Below, one piece after another: positions 51,051 through 64,000 of a stretch of DNA of 64,000 bases (position 1 is its first letter; each line of letters starts with the position of its first letter). The position numbers were made by a program, and so were the translations under genes. The notes under the pieces were generated by a model, which was not told the origin of the DNA, ran no database searches, and saw nothing but the letters and a program-made list of their open reading frames with translations. The stretch covers positions 157,668,001-157,732,000 of the forward strand of contig NC_058368.1 of assembly GCF_018350175.1 (NCBI RefSeq), given 5' to 3'. This DNA is from Felis catus (Eukaryota).

Positions 51051-53810
51051 AAAGTAATTATTTATAGATATGTACTTATTGCCATTATGTTACTTGTTTT
51101 ATGGTTTTCTGTATTTATCCTCTGTTCCTTTCTTCTCTTGCTCTCTTCTATCACAGTTTGCTGGCTTTCTTTAGGGACATACTCGGATTTCTTGCTGTTT
51201 ATTTTTTGCATATCTGTTACTGGTTTTTGATTTGTGGTTACCATTAGGTTTGTATACAAAATATTATTCATATTGCAGTCTATATTAAGTTGATGGTTGC
51301 TTAAGTTTGAACCCATTCTTTATTCTTCTCCCATGTTTTAGGTACATGTTGTCTTACTTTCACATCCTTTTATTTTTTGAATCCCTTAACTGATTTTTAT
51401 AGAGATACTTAATTTGTTGCTTTTGTGCTTCCTACTTTTCATACTTATGGTTTTTCCTTTATAATCAACGAGTTCCTTCTAATATTTCTTGTGGGGCTGG
51501 TCTAAGTACTCATGAATTCCTTAAACTTTGTCTGGGAAACTCTTGATCTCTCCTTCTATTCTGAATGTTAGCTGTACTGTATAAAGTAATCTTGGCTCCA
51601 AGTTTGTTTTGTTTTGTTTTGTTTTGTTTTTTGTTTTTCCTGTCAGCACTTTGAATATATCATGCCACTCCCTTGTGGCCTGCAGTTTCTGCTGAGAAAT
51701 CAGCTGATAGCCTTATGGGCTTTCTCTGGAATGTAACTTTTCTTTTCTCTTGCTGCTTTTAAAATTCTCTTCTTATCACTGCTTTTTGCCATTTAATTAC
51801 TATGTATCTTGGTGTGGACCTCCTTGGGTTGATTTTTGGGGGGGCTCTCTATGCCTGTTGGATCTGGATTTCTGTTTTTCGCTCCCATATTTAGAAAGTT
51901 TTCAGCTATTATTTCTTCAAATAAATTTTTGGCTCCCCTTTCTCTCTCTCCTCCTTGTGGGATCCCTGTAATGTGGGTGTTATGACACTTTTGATGTTGT
52001 TGCTGAGTTTTCTAAGTCTATTTTCATTTTGTATTTTTTTCTCTCTCCTGATCAGCTGGATTGCTTTCCATGACTCTCTCCTCCAGGCTACTGATCTATG
52101 CTTCTGCTTCCTTTTGCATACTGTTTGTTCCCTTTAGTATATTTTTTAATTTCAGTTATTAAGTTTTTCATGTCTTATTGGTTCTTTTTATGTTTTTTTT
52201 TATCTCATTGTTTAGAGTCTCACTGAGGTCCTCCACTCTTTTCTCAAGTCCAGTGAGTATCTTTATGATAAATATTTTAAATTATCTACCAGGCACGTTA
52301 CTTATATCTGTTTTGTTTAGGTCTCTTGTCCTGTTCTTTCATTTAGGACATTTTCCTCTGTCCCCTCATTTTGTCTAACTCTCTGTGTCCGTTTCTATGT
52401 ATTTGGAAATTCAGCTGTCTCCTATTCATATCCTATCCATCCATAAGTAGTGGTGTCTTATGAAGAAAAGGTCCTGTAGTTTCATTCAGTGCAAAGTCCC
52501 TTGTTTATCAGAACCTTGTGCTTCAGGGGTGTCTCATGTGTGTCATGTGTGCCCTACTGTTGTGGCTGCCTTGATTTCGCCTTAAATTCAGTTTTCTGAA
52601 ATGGCTCTCTTTGCCTTGTGGGTAGGGTTTGGTTCCTGTGTCATTAGTGGACCAGTCTGGGTCTGCCTTGGTCTTGAGTCAAACCAGGAGTTTGCCAGAG
52701 ATGTTGCTGGCATCACTGAACTGTAGGGCACTTTCCCTGTGTTTCCCCTGAGAAACTTTCACTGGTGGGCAGGGCCTTTAATCAAACCAGATGTCTGCCC
52801 TCAGCTCACTGCTGGGGTGACAATGGGACTGGGGTGTGTGGCTGTCTTACCCTCTCCCTGGTGCAGAATCACTTTGGAACGGGACACGTCCCTGTTGGGG
52901 CTGCTTGCACACTGCCAGGTTGTGGCATCTCTTTGTATGGTTTCCTGCCAAGAGTATATTGGAAGGGGTGTGTCTGCAGGAGAATGCAGGGGTGGGGCAT
53001 GCTGTTAGCAAGTAGGTAGCAAGTATTGGCACTGCACTGATTCCTGCAGGTTTCTGTGTCTAGGCAGGGGGATGGGGAAGGGAAGTGGTGCCCACCTGCT
53101 CTTTTGTTCTTGGGAAAGTCTCCCAAAGATCCCTACCCTTCCAGCACACACTCTGAGATCAGTAAATAAATCTCCCACCTGTATATCCCAGGCATTTTTC
53201 AAACTGTTGCTTCTATGCTGTATCTCCATAGCACTGTTTGTTGTTCTGCCTCTTTAAGGGTGGGGACTCAGTTTCCTATCACACTCCTGGCTGTCCCAGA
53301 GCCAAACCTGCTAATTTGTAAAGTTCTGGGTGTTAAGCCCTACAGATTCTTGGCCTGTTTGGCTTCAAAGCCAAATGTTTTCAGGGATTTGCCTTCCTCA
53401 TGCAGGTTACCTATGCCTGGGGTTTTAGGGATAAAGGTCTGTTTCTTGCCTCTCTTCATGCCTTGGTTTCCTTTCCTCCTGTAGACAGTTCCACAGGTCT
53501 CTTTAGCTCCCAGCGATGTCTCTGCCCTCCTTCCCTCTTTGATGTGGTCTCTTCTCTACCTTTAGTCGTGGAGAGTCTATCCTGCCAGTTCTTTGGTTCA
53601 TTTTCTGGCTTGTTACTGTTGTGGGTTACCTAGTGTATTCATAGGAAGAGGTGAGCTTAGGGTAGTCCTATTCTGCTATCTTCCCTGGAAGTCCCAGCTT
53701 ATTTTTAAATTTTATTTTATAGAACTTTCTCACCATCTAAAATGACCATGTCATTTTCTAAAAGTTGCTTTTCTATGTTCCTGGAATGTTAGCTTTAAAA
53801 GGCCATATAA

Positions 53811-54023
53811 GGGGCGCCTGGGTGGCGCAGTCGGTTAAGCGTCCGACTTCAGCCAGGTCACGATCTCGCGGTCCGTGAGTTCGAGCCCCGTGTCGGGCTC
53901 TGGGCTGATGGCTCGGAGCCTGGAGCCTGTTTCTGATTCTGTGTCTCCCTCTCTCTGCCCCTCCCCCGTTCATGCTCTGTCTCTCTCTGTCCCAAAAATA
54001 AATAAACGTTGAAAAAAAAAAAT
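53811..54023 (+). mobile_element. Young CAN-SINE (SINEC_Fc-type)
   Basis: CpG-intact body. TSD AAAAGGCCATATAA at 53797-53810 and 54024-54037. Confidence 0.96.
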
Positions 54024-57000
54024 AAAAGGCCATATAATGTTCAGTTCTGTATCTTCAACATATAGAATAGTGCTTGGCATGTTAATTCATTGTATAAATG
54101 ATGTGGCCCTTTGGGGACAGTTATGTTTCATTTGGCTTGTATCCTTAATATCTTGCACAGTGCATGTCACAGGATAGGGATATAATAAATATTAGTTTTT
54201 GTTGTTATCCCTAGATGTTATAACTGTTAAATAGGACAGTCATCAGGATCTAATCCTGTCATGGTTTCAGTCTTTTGGATAAGTAGTTTCTAATAATCAT
54301 AGGGACTAACTCCACCCAGTATTTGAGCTCATATTCATTTTAATGAAATCAAAACCAAAAAATAACAACTTGATCAGGACAGAACTTGCTTAAAGAAAGA
54401 CTCAGATTAGTTTCAGCAAGCTTACACAGTCAGCATTTTAGAGGTGAAGCTCTGAGGTTGAATCAAGCCAAGAAATACAATTGATCATCCTAGTCTGCAA
54501 ATTTCATTTGTAAGTTCAATTGAAGTGTAAGTGGAATGGGATCATGTTATTAGTTCTCTTAGAGGCACAGATTTCCAGGATAGGAAAATATGTCTGTGCC
54601 TGCCTGGTCAGTCAGCCATGGGCTATCAATGCAGTGTTCCCAGGAACACTCCTTGGAGGGAATTAGAGGACATGAGGAGAGACTAATACTAAGCAAGATG
54701 TTTTGATCCCTTCATCCTCTTCCCCACACTCCCCCTTCCCCAACATACACCAGTTAAACCAAATGGTTGTGGTATTGTGACAAAAAGATGAATATAATTC
54801 TAATCTAAATTTAGTCTGTTTTTTTTTTCAGTCAGAATATTTCTTTTCTTCCTCTTGCAATTAAGCATTCTAATTTTCCTTTCCTATTGCAAAATTCTGC
54901 CTTTTAGATTGGCGGGGATTCAAATGGTATTAATCATTATTTCTAATTATTTAAGCTATTTCAATGATTGAAGAGAATGTCTATGATTATAGGTTACTGT
55001 TAAATAATGGAGTCCTTTCAAAATCTCATTGGTCAGTTTCAGTTTAGTTGGGAAAAAAATCACAGAGACAAAAATATAAGTTTTGAAAAACTACTCTTTT
55101 TAGCTACAAAAACTAGCTTGCATTCTTCTTATCAGAAGTAGAGGAAAGATTTTGCTGCAGACTTGGGAGAATACTGCTTATTAACTTCTTTATAACATGG
55201 TGAGAGTTTTTTCATTCCTGAATTTTAGCAATTTTGAAATGCTGAGATCCTCTCATTTTTCCTTTATAACTCAAGTCTGGAACCCAGAATTTCTTGCTTG
55301 GATTGTGAATTGCCAAACTCCAAGAGAATTGTGAATTTTTTTATTTTTCATAAAAATAATAAATGGCACTTGAAATATTTGAGTTAGATAAATTCCATTT
55401 AAGGTCAAGTCTATCTTGTTTGAGACCTGCAATTCAAATCAAAACCACCTGGGGATGGAGTGGTTCTGTTGCACCCATGTATCTGAGGAAATCTTGCTGG
55501 GGATTGAGAGTTGACACCCAGACTTCATGTGCACATATCAACTGAAGAAATAAGATAATTATCTAAAACCTCCAAGCAACATTTCACTGGAGTTTTTTGG
55601 GGGGAGGGGCAGTTGTTTGTTTTTTGTTTTAGTCAATCTTACACATTAATGTAAATGTGATTTTTATGTGGCTTTTTAATGGATACTCAGATGGCAGCAT
55701 CACTTTTCCATTTGTATTTTATTTTGTGCTTCAATAAATGCTGTTCTTGTACATGTGACGCCAAATAAAATAACTGTTCAGCTCAGACAGTGTTAGCATT
55801 TTCATTATTTATAAGATAGTGTGCATTTGTAGTCAGTGGAGTAATTATAAGTTCCAGATGGCAGGGGCCATTCCTATTAAGTTTTCTGTCCCCAGCGCTT
55901 AGTGCAATGCCTAGCACATAATAGGTCCTCCATACCTGCTTAATCAGGTAATGCTAATGGGATGGTTTGTTACTGTGATCTAGTTTCTTGACCTATAAAA
56001 GTGGCATTAATTATCTCTTTGATATGTTCTATTCTTATTATTATGCCACTTAGAAGTTTTTAGGATACATACATTAGGTTTATAATAGTAGTTCCTTGAA
56101 TTTGAACAACTTTGTGAGAAACACCTATATCCATTATTTTAGCATGTTCTCACTACATTTCTATTAAGTCAGGAGGCAAGGAAGCCTGAAGTTTAAGAGA
56201 TTATCATTCTTTATTCTAACTCCAAGCCAGTTCTCTTTTCTTTGCTAACCGTATGATAGGCATAATGAACACATTATTAACCTCCAATAAAAGATTTCCT
56301 TCCTAAAGACTCATTGGTTGATAGTATTAAAATAATAAGGAATTCAGAAATCAAGTTTCTGACAACTTTATGTTGTTGGCATGGATTTTAGAATTTTATT
56401 TTAAGTGGCTATTTTCCAAATAAAGCCCAGCGTGATGGAAAAATCAGCTCTGGGCTATATGCTTGAGGATTGTTTACTTGGTGGGTTAATCACAAAGTTG
56501 TTTTTTTCCAAGGTTGGCTTCTCAGTGGGAGATCCCTGAAGGTTGGTATGGGTCCACAGGTCACAAAATAGTTTTAATAGCATATTCAACATAATGGAAG
56601 TGTCTTCTGAATTATTGGGCTAATATACCTATTGTTCATCTTCCTGATGGAAAAACTGAGAGATGATTTTGTAAATGCTTGTACATTAGAAGTATTATTG
56701 AAGGTTTGCAAACATATTAAAAAAGGGGGCCTGTCTTTTCTTAAAATTGTCTACTTAAAATTTTCCCCCTCTGCTTTGCCTATTTCATGATGTTTTTAAT
56801 TCTCTTCTCCTTAGAGTCCCAAGGCCTGAGGTTCTATTCCGTTTTCTCTTCTTTCCATAAACAATTTTTCCAACTGGATTTGTCAATAAAGCAGGCAGTA
56901 TTTATTTGATTTACTGATAATTTTTCAGAATTTTAGATATGAAAAAGTTTTCTCATTGAAATTTAATTATCCTTATCATCAACTTTGTCCTTACTGTTGC

Positions 57001-57389
57001 TTAGACAAAATTTTCCCCATTTCCTAAATTTTTTTGTAGAGATAGAGCTAATTAATGATGCCAGAAACTTTTAAGGCCGTTCAATTGTACCTTTTGCTTT
57101 TCTCTAAATGATCTAATCCCAAAATTTGAAACATTGTTTAATCCTTCCTCCTTTTTAATACTCTCTAATTCTAAGTATCTTCAACTATATGATTGACTCA
57201 GGTTTAACTGTAATTAATTATAAATTTCACTTTTTTCATCTAAACGTGTAACTCCGTAAAGCCAGAGACCTCACTTTTTTTTCTGTGTTCCTCTTTTTAT
57301 TCTTGTCACATATTAAGTGCCTGGTACCTTCAAAAGAGGAATGTTATTCATGGTTATTTGCTTAATGAGAAATAGTCATTCATATTTGT

Positions 57390-57602
57390 ATTTATTTTTT
57401 AACGTTTATTAATTTTTTTAGACAGAGAGAGACAGAACATGAATGGGGGAAGGTCAGAGAGAGAGGAAGACACAGAATCTGAACAGGCTCCAGGCTCTGA
57501 GCTGTCAGCACAGAGCCTGACGGGCGCCTCGAGCTCACCGACTGCGAGATCATGACCTGAGCCAAAGTCGGATGCCCAACCGACTGAGCCACCCAGGCGC
57601 CC
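57390..57602 (-). mobile_element. CAN-SINE
   Basis: Body ends in ...CCACCCAGGCGCCCC, flanked by CATATTTGT. Confidence 0.93.
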
Positions 57603-59639
57603 CATATTTGTGTTTGTTAATAGCAACAATAAACACTTTCAACATTGATCCCATTATAAATGTTAGGCAAGTTAGAATAGTAACAGAACAATGCAAATTG
57701 TTTTACAGAAATGAGGATTACAGCACCTATTAATGCATAATAATGTGGAATGTGGACTGAAGATACTGGTAAAGTGATCTCAATCTCATTTCATCTTATT
57801 TCCTATTGCCTTGTTTACCCTGTCCCTTGGTATTTGAATAGGACATCAGTTGACTTTAATGACTAGTATTACAGTTATCTTTTTACCCTTGATTAGTTTT
57901 TTAAAAGACTATGCCCATTCTTTGAACAAAATGTCGTGATAGGGACATGTGTATCTTAAACTGCCCATATGTTACCAAAGCAGGTTTAGATTCTGTGCAG
58001 ATTATTCCAAGCCTGTTATTTTGACTAGGACGATTTTGCAGACTTTAAGAGCAAAGCAATTATTGGATATGTATGCTCCAGAGTTGATGATAGGTTTTTG
58101 CTTAACATTTTACATGATATCTAAAGTGCCCTTAAATTTCAAAAGTGAACTTTTGAGTTCCTAGCCTGGTGATTAAGAAATCTATAAATGTCATATTTCA
58201 TGAATAGATATGAATAATTATAACTTCTTATTGACAGTGACCTCAGTGACTTCCCCCAGTGGTTGGGCAGGCATCTAAAGGTTAGCTCTTTAAAGTTCAA
58301 CGCTGATTTAGGTGGTGAGACACTGTATTAGTTGTGTGAGTGCAGTTTTTATGTGGTGTGGGGCATTGGGAGAGAGCTTTGGAGCTAGAGTGCCTGCCTT
58401 TGAAGCCTGTCTTTGCCACTCACAAACAATGTGGCAGGGCTACCAAGTGATTTTGTATGTTTCCTTATTGGCAAAAAGGGAGAATAATAATAGTACTTCC
58501 CTCATAAGGTTGTTATGAGCTTGAAATTAGATACTTAAAGTGCTCAGTTACCACTTAATAAAGATCAAACATTATTATTATTCTCTTTCTGTTATCTGTC
58601 TCTACTTTTTTTTTTTTTTTTCATCTGCCTGACTTTAGCCAAGAAGTGCTGACCCTGAGGACCATTTCAGAGTCTACTCCAGAGGACTTCCTGTCTCTTT
58701 CCCTTGTCACCTTTCCTCCTTTCCAGACTGGCAGTGGTATGGAATGCAATCTTTCTAATTTGTTTCCCCTTTCATTTTCAGAGTTTTGATCATATATCCT
58801 AAGAGAAAACAGAATTTAACAAATATGAGAGGTGATAAAGCTTAAATTCTACGAAGTTCTTAGAGTTATGATTTCCAGTGTAATTCTTATCTCCTTTATA
58901 AAAATGATTTCCATTCATTGAAGTTATTTAAAGGCAAAAAGTGCCTGATTTCTCCTTCTTCTATGAAAACCCTTTTCCAGGTGGACTGGTGTAGAGGGTG
59001 GTGAGTTTGTTTGATGAGACGATGTCTGTCTATTATAGATTTCTGCTTCGTGCAGAAATGGACCCTCTGGGGAATTCTTTGTAAACACAGTACCAAGTCT
59101 ACTTATAATATTAATTTCTCAAATTCAAAAAAGTGCTCTTGGTTACTAGTATGGGATTTCTGATTTTATTAAAAAACGTGTCACTGCAATTTGGTGTGGT
59201 GCCTATATTGAGAAAGTATGTGAAATTTGTCTTTTGTAAGGATATTGTTGAAGATATTTTTCATTGCATTTTTTGCCCTCTTTTAAAAAGATTCTTAGAA
59301 AAAAAAATTCCTGCTTTGCTTTAGTGTCAATTAAATTAATCAGTTATTGATTTATTTTCCTAAATAATCATTCTGTTTATCTTAGGAATTATACTATATA
59401 TAACTGATAAAGCTCATCTTTTCTGACATTTTGCTTTTAAAAATTAACCTCATCTTTCTTTTTCTTTTTTGTATTTACATTTTGATTTAGGGACTTTGTA
59501 TTTTAAATATCTTTATAAGCTACATTAAATATTTCCTGAAACCAAGGTAGTATAATAAAAGGTGATATATTTTTAGGTATTAAAACTGTGGCATTCTAAA
59601 CATCCTTTCTTTCCCCACAATAAAATTACAGCTCTCATT

Positions 59640-59830
59640 TGTTCATCTCTATACGTGCCACAAATTGTGCAAAACACTTTGTAAATCATCTCTTTTAATC
59701 CCCTTAGCAGTGCTATATAGAGGGTTTCCCCCCTTTTTACAGGTGAGAAAACTGTTGAGAAGTTAAGATCATAAAATTAGTTAATTAGGAAATCATGTTT
59801 TGAACTCAGTTGGATCTAAAACTTACACCT
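59640..59830 (-). mobile_element. MIR SINE
   Basis: TTTAATCCCC...TTTTACAGGTGAGAAAACTG...TTTGAACTCAG. Confidence 0.68.
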
Positions 59831-61889
59831 AGTCCGTATCATTCCTAATTGAAGAAGGTGAGTCGGTCCTCCATGTTTTAAAAACATTTAGGTCTTTTGT
59901 ATGTCAAAGGAATAAATATGTTGGTTATCCAAATCTTCATTGGCAGTGGCACTTGAACAATGTCCTGGGCTTTTAAAATATGGTGAAATAATTTAGCATT
60001 ATTATCAAATGTCAAATTACAGATTATGGAGGGCATAGCAGACATTTTTATTTGCAATCATCCCAAGATAATTTTACCTGAGCTGATTAAAAATTTGTAG
60101 AGTGGTCAGAGGAGATCATTAGCTACCTTGCTACAATTATAATTTTTATGAAACTGTGAAATTCAATACTTGCTTGTATGAAGACAGGTACTTTAAGGGG
60201 TCAGTTTTTATTGTTCTTGTTGGCTTTAAAAGTGAATGGCAAATTCATCTAAAAATGAGGTAATATACTTGAGTGTTGCCACTTGCTGTACCTGAAAACT
60301 AGAATGATTTGTGTTAGCCAGACCTCCAGGTTATACTAACTTTAAAAGAGAGGAGGGAAGGGCAGCCTGCTTTCTTCTGCCCTTGACTGAAAAGTCCAAA
60401 TATCTGTTTTCTTTATTTTCAAGTACACTTTATGGACTTCCTACAGAATATTAAGTGACAAGAAGGTTCTTTTTTTCTTTTTGTTCCCAATTCCTTTTAT
60501 TTATTTATTTATTTATTTTCCTAACACTTTTGGAAAGCATTCTCCTTCCAGGCATTTAAGAGCTTTTTTGGCATCTGATGTTGCCAGTGTTAACACTGGC
60601 AATTGGTGCAATTTACAATAGTGCATTAAATATAAATCTCATTTTACATCACTTGCATAAAGTTGATTTGTGGTAAAAGTTTGCTAGTAATGATAGATGT
60701 ATATCATGAATTACTGCATGTGCAGTCCATGCACTTGAACTATATGGAAGTAAGCAATTATATGTTTACTTAAGAAATGTTAATGTGTCTCTACAACTGA
60801 ATTTTGTCATGTCTTTGTCAACTTTGTAAAAGGCCATGATGAGTTTCTATGTCCTTGAGTTAGGTCATTTCCTTTCTGGGAAAGAGACTCTGAGCAATTA
60901 GAATAAATGTTTTTAAGCCCTTTATAGAATTTTAAATTAACTTCTGACAATAAACCTTTTTCATCTGGGTAACTTCTCAGCCTTGAGATTTTTGGGGGCA
61001 TGCCTTATTTCCCTTTGTGTGATTAGAACATTGTTTGTAGAATATGTGAGCATGTAACAGTTTATCTTAGATGTTTCGGGGCCCTTTGAAGAGTACAGAG
61101 GAGCATAATATTTTCTAAGTTTTTCTGGTCTCTTTCCTTGAATGGGTGCGTTTGTTTTGGTGTCAGCTGTACCATATTTGATTTTAGTCTAACTGGTGTT
61201 TCATTGGCTCTGGCCTCTGCACAATTCTGTTTCCCTTAGAACACTCACCTTCAGTGAGTCTAACTTTTCTCTTTTGAGTCTTTAGTTCTCTAGAGACTCT
61301 GTGGCTTCTCGTTTATTTTTTGTTGTTCTAGGGTCGGTGCCTTTACCAAATTAGGTATTTCCCCCAGATCAACCCTGCTTTTAAAAATAGAAGGTGAAAG
61401 TGATACTGTCTTCCAATCTTTCTTAACTTCAGTTGAGGCTTGTGTGAGAGAAGTAAGCCTTTCTGAAAATGATTTGAGGGCTTGTTTTATCAAGTCTCCC
61501 AAGAGTGATACTTAGGTAGTACTTTTGTGGATGCATAAGAGAGAAGTTAATTAATTATATCCAAAGGATGCCTTTGGGCATTAGGGCTTAATTTACTTGT
61601 AGGACTCCAGTGGAGAAAGACACTAAGACTTGCTTTGAATATACCAAACAAAGGATGGCAAAGGATGGATGACTGACACTCTTTCAGTGCCTATGTTGCA
61701 GAAGGTAATGCACGAAGACTTTTAAATATATTCTCTCACTTAATATGAGGCTTGACTTGAAAAGCTAGGCCACTGGCAATGCTTCTATTAGAACTTTCCT
61801 AATCTTTTCTTTTTTTTTTAAAGGCTTATGGGAGACCCAGGCTAGGTTGAGTATGTTTGACTCCTCTTGTAGCTGGAATGATAAAGCCC

Positions 61890-62870
61890 CTGGTAACTTT
61901 AATACCCCCAGTTATATCAGTGGATAGATCATCTAGACAGGAAATCATTAATGAGACATCAGCCTTAAATGAACATTAGACCAGATGGACTTAATAGACA
62001 TATATAGAACATTCCATCCAAAAGCAACAGAATACACATTCTTCTCAAGTGCACATGGAACATTCTCCAGGATAGGACATATGTTAGGCCACAAAACAAG
62101 TCTCATTACACTTAAGGAGACTGAAATCATATCAAGCATCTTTTCACAGTGGTATGATACAAGAAATCAGTTACAAAAAGAAAATGAAAAATCACAAATA
62201 TGTGGGATTAAACAACATGCTACTGAATAACCAGTGGGTGAACAAATAAAAGACAACTGAAAATGGAAATACAACTTACCAAAATCTATGGGATGCAGCA
62301 AAAGCAGTTCTGTGAGGGAAGTTCATAGCAATACAGGCCTAGCTCAAGAAACAAGACCAATCTTAATAATATAAGAGAGGAAATAAATGAGATAGGGATT
62401 AAAAGACAATATAAAAAGATCAATGAAACTAAGAACTGGTTCTTTGAAAAGATAAACAGAATTGGCAAACCTTTAGCTAGTTACACCAAGAAAAAAAGAG
62501 AGGGCTCAAATAAATAAAACGAGAAATGAGAGAGGAGAAGTTACAACTGATACCACAGAAATACTAAGGATTATGAGATTATTATGAATAATGATAGGCC
62601 AACAAATTATACAACCTAGAAGAAAGGGATATATTTCTAGAAACATACAATCACTAATACATTAATGAAAGAAGTTAAAGAATACACAAATAAATGGAAA
62701 GATAGTCCATGCTCATGGACTGGAAGAATTAATATTGTTAAGATGGTCATACTATTCAATGACTATATTATAAAACTAAGTAATCAAAATAGTCTGTTAA
62801 TTATTATACCTTTGTAATATAGTGGATATATGGAAATGTACTTTGGTGCAGCCACTATTGAAAGCAGCAC
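61890..62870 (+). mobile_element. Decayed, internally deleted L1 ORF2 fragment
   Basis: [30 protein letters not shown] (endonuclease region) followed by discontinuous downstream ORF2 pieces. Confidence 0.88.
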
Positions 62871-63109
62871 AATATTCTTTTGGATTTTAGGGATTTAGTG
62901 CAGTTTCAACATATAATCTAAATTGTCATTGTAGTTCACCACCTTGCATTTTGTTTTAAAGACACAGAGGCTTAAAATGAGGTTCTTTTCTTCTCTCAAA
63001 AAAAAAAAAAAAAGGAAGTTGATGGCAATGTGGAACTATATTTAGAGCAATCTGTTGGTGCTTCAGTGGAATCTATCCTGTTGGTAAAATGTAGAGTAGG
63101 CTTAAAATG

Positions 63110-63325
63110 TTTTCTTTTTAATATTTTTATTTTAATTTTAATTTATAGAAAGAGAAATTGAGCATGTGATCAAGGAAGATGGGAAGAGGGATAGAGAGAA
63201 TCCCAAGCAGGCTCCATCTCTAACATGGAGCCCTTTGCAGGGCTTGGTTTCACCACTCTGGGATCATGACCTGAGCTGGAATCAAGAGTCAGACACTCAA
63301 CCAACTGAGCCACTGAGGTACCCCC
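63110..63325 (-). mobile_element. Older CAN-SINE
   Basis: GATCATGACCTGAGCTGGAATCAAGAGTCAGACACTCAACCAACTGAGCCAC body with a T-rich tail. Confidence 0.85.
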
Positions 63326-64000
63326 ATATGTTTGTTTGTTTGTTTTTAAGTTAAATATCATTCCACTGACTCCACAGTAATAAAAATAAAAATTTTGCTT
63401 AATCATAAAACTTCACTTACTAGATTCAACTCACGTATATGACCAACTCTTAATTCCTATAGGGTAAATACTTCGGGAAATGAAAAGTTTCCTTGAACTG
63501 GTTGGTATTATACTAGCATATTCCTTCTAACTAAGTACAACTTCCACAAAGTTCTATGGCAGAGGAGTTTGGATGCTGCAGCTTATAGGCACATTATTAA
63601 AGAATCTCTGCAAAACAATATAACTTCATAGAGTTCCAAATAAATTTAAGATATTCATAGCACTCTTGCTACCCATCTAGCCACTACTCTTTCTATTTGA
63701 TTAACACTTACTATTGAGAATCCATGAGATTCAGGGTTATGGAGCAATCCTGATCAGAAAGCGTTTAGGATGAAGAAAAAGTCCATTTGTTTGAGACATG
63801 GTAGTTTAGTTTCACTCAGAAAGTGAAGAGTATGCCAAAATCTCAAGTGCCACTGTCAATGACATATATATATATTTTTTGGTATTAACCTGTAATGTCT
63901 TGAGTGTTCCCAGCTGAAAAATTGCTTCCGTATTACATCAAGCTCAAAAATCCTCAAAATCTTGGCATCTTACTTGATTAATATTACTTAGCCATAAAAA

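Larger units (their letters stand above)
46070..53690 (-). mobile_element. Older, decayed full-length carnivore LINE-1 with nested insertions
   Basis: Minus-strand ORF2 remnants ([51 protein letters not shown]). ORF2 start at about 51085, ORF1 remnant at about 52369-51465, 5'UTR to about 53690, T-rich tail at about 46070. Many stops and indels. Degenerate flanking repeat cagc(c/t)t(t/a)tttt. Confidence 0.9.

Noticed and set aside
1..64000. CRISPR arrays, prokaryotic operons or defence systems, rRNA genes
   Set aside because: The sequence is mammalian repeat-rich DNA; I saw no regularly spaced repeat-spacer array or gene-dense region.

Overview
AT-rich mammalian DNA of carnivore, almost certainly felid, origin (SINEC_Fc-type CAN-SINEs and an L1_Fc-type LINE). 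I recognise no host protein-coding exon, so the window reads as intronic or intergenic sequence dominated by transposable elements. The centrepiece is a young full-length LINE-1 (24889-30809, + strand, 17-bp TSD) with a CpG-rich promoter, an intact ORF1, and an ORF2 broken only by two net-compensating frameshifts. An older, decayed full-length carnivore L1 (about 46070-53690, - strand) sits inside an L2 remnant and hosts a twin-primed 5'-inverted L1 and two SINEs. The window also holds 14 CAN-SINEs, a probable ERV solo LTR, MaLR LTRs, MIR/L2/L1M/MER5 relics and microsatellites. I found no convincing novel biological system. The best leads are an ORF0-like antisense ORF in the felid L1 5'UTR, the architectural comparison of the old and young L1s, and a few candidate non-coding exons and palindromes. 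Family names come from recognition, not a database search, and boundaries of old repeats are approximate.
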